Positions 49,959 through 61,480 of a stretch of 64,000 nucleotides of DNA are shown here, one piece after another; the stretch's first letter is position 1; every line of letters begins with the position of its first letter. This DNA is from Camelus ferus (Eukaryota): contig NC_045696.1 of the NCBI RefSeq assembly GCF_009834535.1, positions 13,022,001 to 13,086,000 of the forward strand, in the 5' to 3' direction. The notes beneath the pieces were generated by a model. The model was not told the DNA's origin. It searched no databases and was given only the letters and a program-made list of their open reading frames with translations. Both the position numbers and the translations under genes were made by a program.

Positions 49959-50915
49959 GTCCTTCTTTATCCTCTTTATTCTCTTCTCTGTCCTGGGCTC
50001 CCATTTCTGAAGCTCCTGCAGGGGCTTCAACTGCAGGGTTGACATAATCCCTTCCATGGCTATAGACCCCCAATGATTTGCCCTCCAGTCTTCTCAGGTG
50101 ACATTAATGTGTGATTTCAAAATTCATAGCTTCCTTGTGGCCCTTACTCATCAAGGGAAGAATACCGCTTCTCACCAGGGCTACTTTGATTCCTTCTTTC
50201 AGGTTCTCATGCCTTCCCCGCTCAGACAAACCTGGATACAAGTTACCCAGCACCTAGACTGAAAGGGACCAGCGTACCCGCAAAACTACATCCCAAATCA
50301 TTTATTCTTGGTAACCACCAGTTGGGGACACAACTCGACTTTCTCACTTTGAAATAGGAGTAATATTCAAAATGCATATTTAATGACCAGTTGTCTTGGG
50401 CACCATGATGGAATTGGGAACTGACCAACTGATATGGTCAAACCAGTGTGTAGAGGCTTAATATCAGATTGGAATATCAAACAGGGAGGCCTCTGGGCCA
50501 TATTGCCAGTAGATCAGTTTTGTTGGGTATGCAGAGGGATTTTGAAATCTGTTTCTGAGACTTTAGGCTAGATGTGCCTCTCCCATTCCCAATGTGCCAT
50601 CTTGTTTCATGTCTTAGCTCCTGTTGGCTTTGTTGGTTTATCTTACCCTGGCTTCCCGGACAGAATTTGCCTGTGCCAGACTCTTCTCAATCCATTCTTT
50701 GTGGTCTTGTCTCTGTGTACGGGCTATTAGCTTCAAGATATCTCTTAAAATGTCCTCCCAGATTGTCACCACTCGGATGTACCCTCATACATGTGAAATT
50801 GTACAATGCCTCCTCTGGTTGCTGGACCTAAATTTCCACAGAGGTGGGCACCCCATTTTGGTTCTGAATTACACCAATATTTCAACTGTTCCTTAAATTA
50901 TAATTGACTTGGAAA

Positions 50916-51469
50916 TGAGAAATGAAACATATAAACAGACAATGACCAGGCCCTATATAAAAACAGAACTGACCCACAACCTACAGCAACCTGTCCAGGA
51001 CACCTTTGTCTACAATAAACAGTCCAGGAAGCCAGCCTGCTGTAAGTCAGGCTTGTTGGAAGTCAGACTACTATCTCTAATAATCATCTAGGAAGCTAAC
51101 CAGTAACTTCTGTAAAAGTTGGCTCCAAATGACCAGGCAGGATTTGATTAATAATTGACAGCTTCTCAAATCTTTGTCCCCACTTCCAACTTAGGACCAA
51201 CTAGAGAAAGCCAAATATGGACCCCGAACCAATCACATAATGTATCTTCCTACAAGTTAGCCCTCCTCCAGCTTCCCTGTGGCCACAGCCTCCAATCAGG
51301 GCACACCCGAAGTCTTCCCTTTTCACACACTCAAGCATCCCTACTCCTCTGCTTGCCTTTCAGTCTTTGCCAAGATGCAAGTAGACAGTGGCTGACTCAC
51401 TTCTTATCCAAGTTCTGAAGAAATAGCCTTTGCTTGTTCTCATTTGGTTGTTCTTTGTTTGTTTCCACA
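50916..51469 (+). mobile_element. Solo ERV LTR (MER54/MER73/MER74-like)
   Basis: TG...CA termini, both flanked by GAAA; agaactgacccacaacc, CCAAT boxes (aaccaatcac, tccaatcagg), T-rich U5. Confidence 0.65.
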
Positions 51470-52604
51470 GAAACAAATTCAATTCTAACTATGTTAGATC
51501 ATCATCATCATAGTAAAGGCCTTCAGTAAAATGGCAAAATATAGCAGAGAGGGAAAATAATATGTATTTTTCATTCCATAAAATTTTAAGGTGGGTGTGA
51601 TGGAGAGGGGAGAATGTCCCCTTTAGCACTTTTTGAATCTCCTGGTTCAATTTTCTGATTTTTGCCTGCCACCACCAAAATTTGTAATAAAGCAGCCCTC
51701 TTAAAAATGTTGAACTTTGTTACTTTTAAGCTGAAAACTTTTTTGAGGCTTAAGGCAGTTATTTCTGCAAAAGATGGCTTTTGGGTTTATTAATTAAAAA
51801 GAAGGCAGGGAGTATTTGAAATACTATCATCTGAGTGACTTTATTCTACCCTTATAAATACAGTCTCATCACAATTAAGAGAAATTGAAAAGAGTTTGAA
51901 ATACGGCAATAGCTTAAAACTGAAAATGATTCTTTTTAACATGAATAATTATCCCACCAGTTTTATAACCTAATAAAAATCAAAGTAGAAGAAAAACCTT
52001 GGGTGCTTTAATTATGAGAAATCATATGTATTCTGGGAAATTAGAAACATCGCCCACATATTTGTAATTCAAAACCCTCATTCTAGAAATTCTTTCCCTG
52101 GAGAATTTCCAAAGAAGTAGATTCCATGGGCTGGCTTCTCTGCAAGACCCAGAAAACACAGATCTCAACAAGAGGCATACCTGGTTTTGAATCCAAATTT
52201 AGCAACAACAATTTACTTTACTTTTGAGCTGAGATGCAGAGTAGGGATTCAGTCTTTAGACATTGTTTCCCTTATGCTTGTTCCTTTAAAAATGTAGGTT
52301 TTTATTCTGTACTCTAGACAGAGGCAGAGGAAACAATACCCTTGTATTATCTCACTTTCTAAGAATCCCTTCCAAGTTTACTATAATATCACTCATACAC
52401 ATGCACATTACTTATATTGTGATTTGAATCCTAAATCTTTCAGAGAATTCCCCAAATACTCTCTTGGGGGGTCTCCACTGGTTGGTGTATTTTGAAGAAA
52501 AGGACATCAAAGGTCCTCAATTAGCACTTGTTGGCAAATTGATTCAGTGCAAACCAATGTTAAATTAACCTCAATTTGGAAGATGTGCTGAAACAATAAC
52601 AATA

Positions 52605-52820
52605 TTTTAAAACATTTTTTATTGATGTATAATCATTTCACAATGTTGTGTCAAATTCCAGTGTAGAGCACAATTTTTCAATTATACATGAGCATATATA
52701 TATTCATTGTCACATTCCTTTCTCTGTGAGCTACCATAAGATCTTGTATATATTTCCCTGTGCTATATATTATAATCTTGTTTATCTATTCTACAATTTT
52801 GAAATCCCAGTCTATCTCTT
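52605..52820 (-). mobile_element. Younger lineage-specific L1 3' end
   Basis: acattttttattga...tgtgtcaaattccagtgtagagcacaatttttca, nearly identical to the tail at 55745-55930. Confidence 0.85.
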
Positions 52821-53059
52821 TTTAACACTAATTTTGTTAACACTTGTTTTGTATTATCTGGCCCATTTCACCCCACCACCATGTTTTCTATAATTAATTC
52901 ACATAGACTATGTGTCTTTTGATTTCTTAATTATTCTTGTTCCCTCTTGTGTGAAATGAGAATGTCTTGTATTCACTGAGTCCTAGGTTTTTAAGGATTA
53001 GAAGGACCTACAGTGTTCCCCCAAGTTTACCCTTCATTTCTGAGCAGGACTCTCCTCTA

Positions 53060-53242
53060 CTTTGCCCAAACTTTGGTGTACATGGGAATTATCTGAAGGA
53101 CTTAATTAAAACTTCAAGTGCCAGCTCCCACTCCAGAGTTTCTGGTCCCACAGGTCTGGAGTTGGGGCCCAAGAATTTTCATGTTTAGCAAGTTCCCAGG
53201 TGATGCTGCTGCTGCTGGTCTCAGGACCACACGTTGAGAGCC
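53060..53242. mobile_element. MER5A-like DNA transposon remnant
   Basis: caggtctggagttggggcccaagaattttcatgtttagcaagttcccaggtgatgctgctgctgctggtc...accacacgttgagagccactg. Confidence 0.8.
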
Positions 53243-53278
53243 ACTGCCATTGTACCATGTGTAGGTAATAGGAATTCC

Positions 53279-53280
<2 letters not shown>

Positions 53281-53330
<50 letters not shown>
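53281..53330 (+). repeat. (TG)25 microsatellite
   Basis: Perfect 50-nt TG run. Confidence 0.99.
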
Positions 53331-53333
<3 letters not shown>

Positions 53334-55084
53334 TGGCAATGGTGGCGATGGTGGTGGTGGTAGTAGGGGTAGGGTTTGATCAGGGCAGGGCTGGACACAG
53401 AAGAGCTTGCAGGTGTAGATCATTGTGAGAGGGCTGCCGGGGTTCTGGAATGAGCCCAGGTGCCAAAGGTGTACGTGAGAGAGGAAGAGAGAAAGAGAAA
53501 GCCTGTTGTGTTCCTGACAGCTGGATGTTTCTCCCATTTGGACTTCATTGGAGTGAAGCTTCTAAATGGTTTAAACACCCCAGAAGGGCTGCTAAATTGT
53601 CATGTCTCAGGCACATGTACAGTATTGGCACCTGCAGTTTATGCTCTCAGACTACATATTAAAACTCTGTGCAGTGGTGGAGTAAGCTAGATAAATATTT
53701 GTACATTTGACTGCACACAGCCACTACTTGTGTTTCCTTATTCTTCTGTTCTGTCTCAAGAAATCTGAGTCAGATGGTGTAATTGGTTGTGAATTTTAAT
53801 ACCACCATCACAGTCATTCACCTGCTTAAAGATGGGGGTGGGTGGATGTTTTTGCGAGTCTAGTAATCTGTTTCTTTCCTTGCCAAGTGGTAAAGACAAG
53901 AAGCTCTTCACAGATTGCTGGATGTCTTCGGTTATTATGAACTCATATAAAGACACTGCAAACAGGCAAATGTCAGTTTAACAGAATAACAATACACGTT
54001 GATATTTGGATCATTCTCGCGTAGTATAAAGTTGCAGGTGACTTCAGGTTCTGAAAGGGCTTTATAAGCCTCAGGTCTCAAGACTCTCAGATTTTAATGA
54101 CATATTGTCTCTTTCTTTTCAACTTTGTTTAAAATATTTTATTATGAAAAATCTCAAACATACCCAGAAGTAGGGAGAATAGTATAATGAACCTTGATGG
54201 TACTATACTAGCTCCAATAATTATCAGTATTTGACAATTGTACTTAACCAGTCTGTACTCCTGAACCACTGTAATTCCACTTGTAACAATTTTTTTGTAA
54301 TTTTACTTGTAAATACTTAATTTCTAACAGATAAAGGCTTTAAAATAATGTAACCACAACAGTATTATCTAACAAAATTATTGTTTGAAATAATATTCCA
54401 ACCTATGTTTAAATTTCTTCAACCATCTCAAAATTTGTCAATAGTCTTACTTGTTCAGTCAGGATCCAAACAAGGGTCTTTATAGAATTTGGTTGATTTA
54501 TCTCTTATGCCTCTCTTATTCTTTAACAATTTCTGCTTCCTCTTTTTTTTTCCAAGGTACTTATTTGTTGAAGAGATGAGTCATTTTTCCTGTTGAATTT
54601 CCTGCATCCTGGACTTGTTTGGTTGTCTCTTTGTGGTAACGTTTATCTTGTTTCTATAGCCCCATTTTTCTTGTTAACTGGTAGCTAAGTCTAAAACATG
54701 ATTAAATTTAGGTTTAATTATGTTGAGAGAGGCAAGAATATTTCACAGGCAGTGCTGGGTGCTTGCTGTTGGATCACATCAAGGGGAATACAATGCCTGT
54801 TTGCCCCACTTTTAGTGATGCTCAGATTGATCAGTGGGCGTTAGGTGTCAGCCTTTTACCTATGGTTTTAGCAGCTGTTGATGATTATTGCATAGATCCA
54901 TTATTTCACTGGGGTGCAAAATGACATTTTTTCTAAGTCAATCATTCTTTCTGAATTAATCAAACTTCTGTCTGATTAAAGTGAAAAACAGTTTATAAGA
55001 TAAATGCTTGATTCTGTAGATTCTGTACCTTATTTAATTTCAGAATAATAAGCCCAGTAGTATCTATTTATTTACCTATCTATT

Positions 55085-57020
55085 TATTTTTATTGAAGAA
55101 TAGTTGATGTGCATTATTATATAAGTTACAGGTGTATGATATGATTCACAATTTTAAAGGTTATACTCCATTTATGGTTATTATAAAGTACTGGCTATGT
55201 TCCCTGTATTGTACAATATATTCTTGTAGCTTTTCCTGTAATAGTTTGTACCTCTTAATCCCCTACCCTCATGTTACCCCTCCTCCTTCCTCCTCCTCAC
55301 TAGTAACCACTAGTTTGTTCTCTGTGTCTGTGAGTCTGCTTCTTTTTTGTTATATTCACTAGCTTTACTTTTTAGATTCCACTTATAAGTGATATCATAC
55401 AGTACTTGTCTTTCTCTGCCTGATTTATTTCAGTTACCATAATACCCTTCATGTCCATCCATGTTGTTATAAATTGCAAAATTTCATTTTTTTCCACAGT
55501 TGAGAAGTATTCCACCACATATATAATATATATAATATATAATATATAGATATACACCGCACTTCTTAATCCATTCATCTGTTGAAGGACACAGGTTGCT
55601 TCCATATTTTGGCAATTATAAATAAAGCTGCTATGAATATTGGAGTGTGTGTATCTTTTCATATTAGTTTTTTTTTTTTTTGGATATATACCTTTGTGGA
55701 ATTGCTGGGTCATATGGTAGTTCTACTTTTAGTTTTTTTTTTAAACATTTTTTTATTGACTTATAGTCATTTTAGAACATTGTGTCAAATTCCAGTGTAG
55801 AGCACAATTTTTCAGTTATACATGAACATAGATATATATTTTTTTCACTGTGAGCTACCACAAGATCTTGTATATATTTCCCTGTGCTATGCAGTATAAT
55901 CTTGTTTATCTGTTCTACATTTTGAAATCCTAGTCTCTCCCTTTCCACCCCCCGCCCCCTTGGCAACCACAAGTTTGTATTCTGTGTCTATGAGTCTGTT
56001 TCTATTTTGTGTTTATGTTTTGTGTTTTTAGATTTCACATATGAGCGATCTCATATGGTATTTTTCTTCCTCTTTCTGGCTTACTTCACTAGAATGACAT
56101 TCTCCAGGAACATCCATGCTGCTGCAAATGGCGTTATGTTGCTGGTTTTTATGGCTGAATAGTATTCCGCTGTATAAATATACCACATCTTTTTTATCCA
56201 GTCATCTGTTGATGGACATTTAGGCTGTTTCCATGTCTTGGCTATTGTAAATAGTGCTGCTGTGAACTTTGGGGTACAGGTGTCATTTTGAAGTAGGGTT
56301 CCTTCTGGACATATGCCCAGGAGCAGGATTCCTGGGTCATATGGTAAGTGTATTCCTAGTCTTTTGAGGAATCTCCATCCTGTTTTCCACAGTGGCTGCA
56401 CCAAACTGCATTCCAATCAGCATTGTAGGAGGGTTCCCTTTTCTCCACAGCCTCTCCAGCGTTTGTCATTTGTGGACTTTTGAATGATGGCCATTCTGAC
56501 AGGTGTAACTTGATAGCTCATTGTAGTTTTGATTTGCATTTCTCTGATAATTAGTGATATTGAGCATTTTTTCATTTGCCTACTAATCATTTGTATTTCT
56601 TCCTTGGAGAATTGCTTGTTTAGGTCTTCTGCCCATTTTTGGATTGGGTTGTTTGTTTTTTTCTTATTAAGTTGTTTGAGCTGCTTACATATTCTGGAGA
56701 TCACTCCTTTGTCAGTTTCATTTGCAAAAATTTTCTCCCATTCCGTAGGCTGTCATTTTGTTTTACTTATGGTTTCCTTTGCTGTGCAGAAGTACTCTTA
56801 GTTTTTTGAGAATCATCCATGCCATTTTCCACAGTGGCTGCATCAATTTACATTCCCACCAACATCCCCTTTTCTCTAAATCCTTGCCAACATTTATTAT
56901 TTGTGTTCTTTTTGATGACAGACATTCTGACAGGTGTGAGGTGATATCTCATTGTAGTTTTGATTTGCATTGCCATGATGACTAGCAGTATCGAGCATCT
57001 TTTCATGTGCCTGTGGGCCA
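55085..57020 (-). mobile_element. LINE-1 3' fragment with a younger L1 nested at 55739-56792
   Basis: Minus ORFs with ORF2 C-terminal motifs ([46 protein letters not shown]); 15-bp TSD at 55724-55738 and 56793-56807. Confidence 0.92.
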
Positions 57021-57227
57021 GCAACATTTAAACATGACCAATGAGGTTATTTGTTTTTCAAAATACCATTTTGAACTTAAGGATTTCATATATGTATATT
57101 TTTCTCAGTTTATATATTAAAGATTTTATATATTTATATTTTATACATTTTAAATATTTAATATATTTTATTTAAACTCATTGCAATTGGTTGCAATGAA
57201 TTCTCAACATGTTTCCATGTCAATTTT

Positions 57228-57456
57228 TAAAAATTGAAATATATTGATTTACAATATTAGTTACAGGTGTACAACATAGTGATTCAATATTTTTTATAGA
57301 TTATGCTCCACTTAAAATTATTACAAAATGATGGCCATATTTCCTATATTGTATAATATATCTTTGCTGCTTATTTATTTTATATATAATAGTTTTATCT
57401 CTTAACTCCCTACCCTTATCATGACCCTCCCCCCTGCCCTCTCCCCACTGGTAACC
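57228..57456 (-). mobile_element. Short L1 3' end abutting the HMGA1 retrocopy
   Basis: aattgaaatatattgatttacaatattagttacaggtgtacaacatagtgattcaa...cctctccccactggtaacc. Confidence 0.85.
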
Positions 57457-58354
57457 TCCCCTTAATGGGAAGCCAGAGGGAAGAGTCAGAGATCAGAAGG
57501 GACCCCCTCCCCAACCCAGACCAAGAGCCCAGCCAGCAATGTCCCCACCACTGAGGGAGTGAGGACACAGCAGCGTGGGGAGTGGCTAAGTGGGAAGTCA
57601 GCTTTGTCTGGGGGCAGGTGTGGCTCTTGAACGAGATGGGTTGCTGGTTACTGAAATCAAAGGAAAACTCCCCACTCAGGCCCCCAGGGCCCTACAGCGG
57701 CTGGTGTATGCTGTAGTGTGGTGGTGAGGGCGTAGGTGAGGGGGGTTGACACGTGGGCCTGGGCAAGGGGTGGGGTCAGTGGGGAGGGGAGCAGAGCTGT
57801 CCAGTCCCAGAAGAAAACTGTTCCTGATGAGGACTCCTGTGAGATGCCTTCTTCTTCCTCCTTCTCCAGTTTTGTGTCTGCCCCGTGGTTTCATCCCTGG
57901 AGTTGTGGTTTTCTGGGTCTTGGCAGCACCCTTGTTCCTGCTCCCCTTTGGTTGCCCAGAAATCTCTTAGGTGTTGGCACTTAGCTGGACTCCTTCTAAC
58001 TAGCTACCAGCCCCAACCGGGGAATCACCATATTCTGCTTGCATGGCCTGTCCCACCCTCACTTCTCAGGGCTGTGCTTTTCCTGCTTGGAGGCCAAGGG
58101 CTGGCTGGACTTAGAGCTCCACTTGCTCATCTTCCATTGTCTGCAGAGCAGATGGAGGAGCAATGGCTGGGATGCACGAGCTTGGCTGCCAGCCTGCTGT
58201 ATGTGATCCAGGTTGCTGGGAGCCATGGTGCTGGGTGCTGAGGACTGGCCTGGCTCTACCACCTCTGCTACCACTGTTGGTAGCAAATGTGAATGCCTTC
58301 CTGGAGTCACAGCAGGGCCAGAAATATACAGAGCTCAGAGTCCCAATTAGAGGC
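57457..58354 (-). pseudogene. HMGA1: HMGA1 (HMGA1a isoform) processed pseudogene, 3'-truncated
   Basis: Minus-strand ATG at 58130 (GGAAGATG) reads MSKWSSKSSQPLASKQEKHSPEK*GWDRPCKQ..V.P..LV.S*KESS*VPTPKR, then after frameshifts PKGSRNKGAAKTQKTTTPGMKPRGR and LEKEEEEGISQESS. It is intronless, with a spliced HMGA1-like 5'UTR (CCTCTAATTGGGACTC...CATTTGCTACC...CATCCCAGCC) and 3'UTR (CTTCTGGGACTGGACAGCT...CACCACCACACTACA...GGTGGGGACATTGCT...CCCTCTGGCTTCCCAT). It carries multiple stops and frameshifts. Confidence 0.95.
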
Positions 58355-59429
58355 TCTTGTTTTTTGAATTAGGGCTGTATCTCTATAAGTCACCCCCTTA
58401 GAACTGCTTTTGCTGTGTCCGATAGGTTTTGGAAAATTGTGTTTCCATTTTCATATGACTCAAGGAATTTTCTGTTTTCCTCTTTGATTTCTTCATTGAC
58501 CCATTGGTTTTTAGTAGCATGTTGTTTAGTCTCTACATTTGTGTTTTTCCCAATATTCTTCCTGTAATTGATTTCTAGTTTCATACTGTTGTGATTGGAA
58601 AAATATGCTTGACCCTCTTAAATTTGTTGAGACTCGTTTTGTGGCCCAGCATGTGATCTATCCTAGAAAACATGACATATGCCCTTGAAAAGAATGTCTA
58701 TTCTGCTGTTTTTGCATGGAATGTCCCATAGATGTATATAAAGTCCAACTGGTCTAATGTGTTGTTTAAGACGACTGTCTTTCCTTGTTGACTTTCTGTC
58801 AGCTAATTTGTCCATTGATGTAAGTGGGGTGTTAAAGTTCCCTACTAATGTTGTAATATTGTCAATTGCTCCCTTTATGTTTGTTAATATTTGCTTTATA
58901 TATTTATATGCTTCTGTATTAGGTGCATATGTGTTAACAAGCACTATATCCTCTTCTTGTATTGATCCCTTTATCATTGTATAATGCCCTTCTTTGTCTT
59001 TTGATATAGACTTCATTTTTAAAGTCTATTTTGTCTCATATGAGTATAGTTATCCCTGCTTTCTTATCATTTCTATTTAAAATTTTTTTTGGGGGGTGGG
59101 GAGATAATTGGGTTTATTTATTTATTTTAATGGAAGTTCAAGGGATTGAACCCAGGACCTTGTGCATGTTAATCATGTTCTCTACCATGGAGCTATACCC
59201 ACCCCTGTCATTTCTATTTGCATGAAATATCTTTTTTTAGCCTCACTTTCAGTCTCTGTGTGTTTTTAGCTCTGAAATGAATCTTTTGTAAATAGCATAT
59301 AGGTGAGTTTTTTTTTTAAAATCCAATCAGCCACTCTGTGTCTTTTAATTGATGCATTTAGTCCACTAACATTTGAAGCAATTATTGATAGGGATGTGCT
59401 TATTGCCATTTTGTTACTTGTTTTCTGAT
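58355..59429 (-). mobile_element. LINE-1 ORF2 endonuclease-region fragment, interrupted by a SINE
   Basis: Minus ORFs DKEGHYTMIKGSIQEEDIVLVNTYAPN...GNFNTPLTSMD and MKLEIN...NQWVNEEIKEE...FQNLSDTAKAVLRG. Confidence 0.92.
59079..59205 (-). mobile_element. tRNA-derived SINE (vic-1-like) inserted in L1
   Basis: gggattgaacccaggacc...tctaccatggagctataccc; TSD TCATTTCTATTT at 59067-59078 and 59208-59219. Confidence 0.85.
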
Positions 59430-59679
59430 TCCCACCACAATTTTAAGAAGATTGCTCTTAAACTCAGGATATAACTGCTTTTGCAACATTTTGGTTATTT
59501 TAAAAATAACTATACTTAGAACTAAAATATGCTTCTTATAGAAAATTTAGAGAATAAAGGACTCACATAAAGATGAAAATGAAAATCACCTATATTCTCC
59601 TCACTTAGAAATATCCTCTTTAAACATTTTGTTGAATTTTCTTCTTCTTTTTTTTTTTGCTTTTCTGTACATCATTGAA

Positions 59680-61480
59680 CATTCTGTGGTCCATCATTAT
59701 AATCACTCCCTCACAAGTACTCTCAACCCCTCTACTCTTACCTTCATCACATGTGTCTGGCAAAGCCTCAACCCTCCATCTTCTCTGCACCTGTGTCTGA
59801 ACAGCTGAATGTTACCAGAGAATATCTAACTGAACCAATGTTTCCTTAATTTATTATCTAAAATCTCAACTTGTACCCACTATGACCCAGAAACCCACTT
59901 ATATTTCCCAGAATGATTTTGTATGTTCTCTTCACCTACAACTGCTCCCTCTTTTACCCTTACTCAGCTGCTCATCTTGCTTATAATTAAATGAAATAAA
60001 AGATTCCTAATGCAAACTTAATAAAGACTACCCTCATTTTGCAGCTATCTTCATCTTTCTTCTTCTGTCATGATGGAGGACACTTTCTTCATCTTAGCGA
60101 ATTCCAACTCCTCCCCTTATCCTCTGGACCCCATGCCCTTTGACCTTTAAAAACACTTCACTTTGGTTAGCCCTTCTTCTTTTATCAACTTTTCCCATTC
60201 TTTAGTGGATCATTTTTATAACTATATTCTGATTTTCCAATTTTATTTTTAAAACAACTCCAACAATAGTCAAAACTTAGTTTCATAGCTCCCTGACAAT
60301 TGTTTTCACCCATTTGTTCATTATTGTATGTAACCAACTCTCAAAAATTTTTAACTGTATTGGTTTCACCTCCTTAATTTTTCTTTGATTTAATACATTC
60401 CAATATGGCTTCTACTCTTCCCACCACTTTACTGAAATTTCTTGTTTCAGGATCACTAGCAATCCTCACACAGCCATATGCAATGTACACTTCTCTGTCC
60501 TCTTCCTATCCACCCTTTGAACATTTGGTGGGGTTGGCCATTAACTTCTTGAAATATTCTCTTCTCTTGGCTATCATTGCACTATTGTTTACTAGTTTTC
60601 CAAATGCACTGGCTTCTCCCAATAGTTTCCTTTTCCAGCTGGCTCCTGTTCCTCCTCTGAAGTGTTGGCAGTACTCTGGTTAGTCCTGGACCTTCTTCTC
60701 TTCTCATTTTACTCTTTCTCCCTGGGTGATCCTATTAATTCTCAGTATTTTAAAAATCATTATAACTTTAAAAAAACATTATAACTTAAGACTCCACAGT
60801 TTATATCTCCAACCCAGATAATTTTTTTCTGAGTATCATATACAGCTTAACTTACCTGACAGCTCAACCTGGATGTATTACAGACACTTCAAATCTGTAT
60901 ATATCCAAGATAGAACTCCTCATTTCCCTTCTGTAAATGAATCTTTCCCTTATCTGTCCTACCCCAATAAATGGCACCATTATCCTTTAGTTGCTCAACT
61001 CAGAAATCTTAGAGTCAGTCCTGATTTTCTTTTCCCATAACCACTATATCCAAAGCATTGGTAACTTCACTTGAGTCTACTCCTAAAAATATCTTGACCC
61101 TGTCTTTTCTTCTTCTCCTTGGCTAACACCCCATTCATAGCCAATTGTTTCCACATTACAAGAACAGTGATCATCTTCTAGAACATAAACTAAACCTTTC
61201 TTAAAAACCTTCAGTGGTTTTTCATTATTCTTGTAAAACTCCAATCTCCTTACAAGGGCTGGATGGCTCTACAGACCCACCTGATCTGTCTCTGCTGGTC
61301 TCTCCATCCTCACGCCACACTACTCCATGATTACACTAAAATGACTCCTTTTCAAATATGCCCAAATCTTTCCCACCTCAAGATGTTCATACATGCTGTC
61401 CCCTCTGCTCTTTTCTCTCCACTATTGTCTTGTGTGACTGATTATCTGTTAGAAATCATTCTTTCATATTGATCTCTTTT
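59680..61480 (+). mobile_element. L2 fragments
   Basis: Pyrimidine-rich L2 motifs (tggcaaagcctcaaccct, tttatatctccaaccca, aaatggcaccat, ttgctcaactcagaaatcttagagtca). Confidence 0.65.

Noticed and set aside
53106..53537. ORFs with HT/VC repeats
   Set aside because: Artefacts of the (TG)25 microsatellite and the adjacent MER5A.
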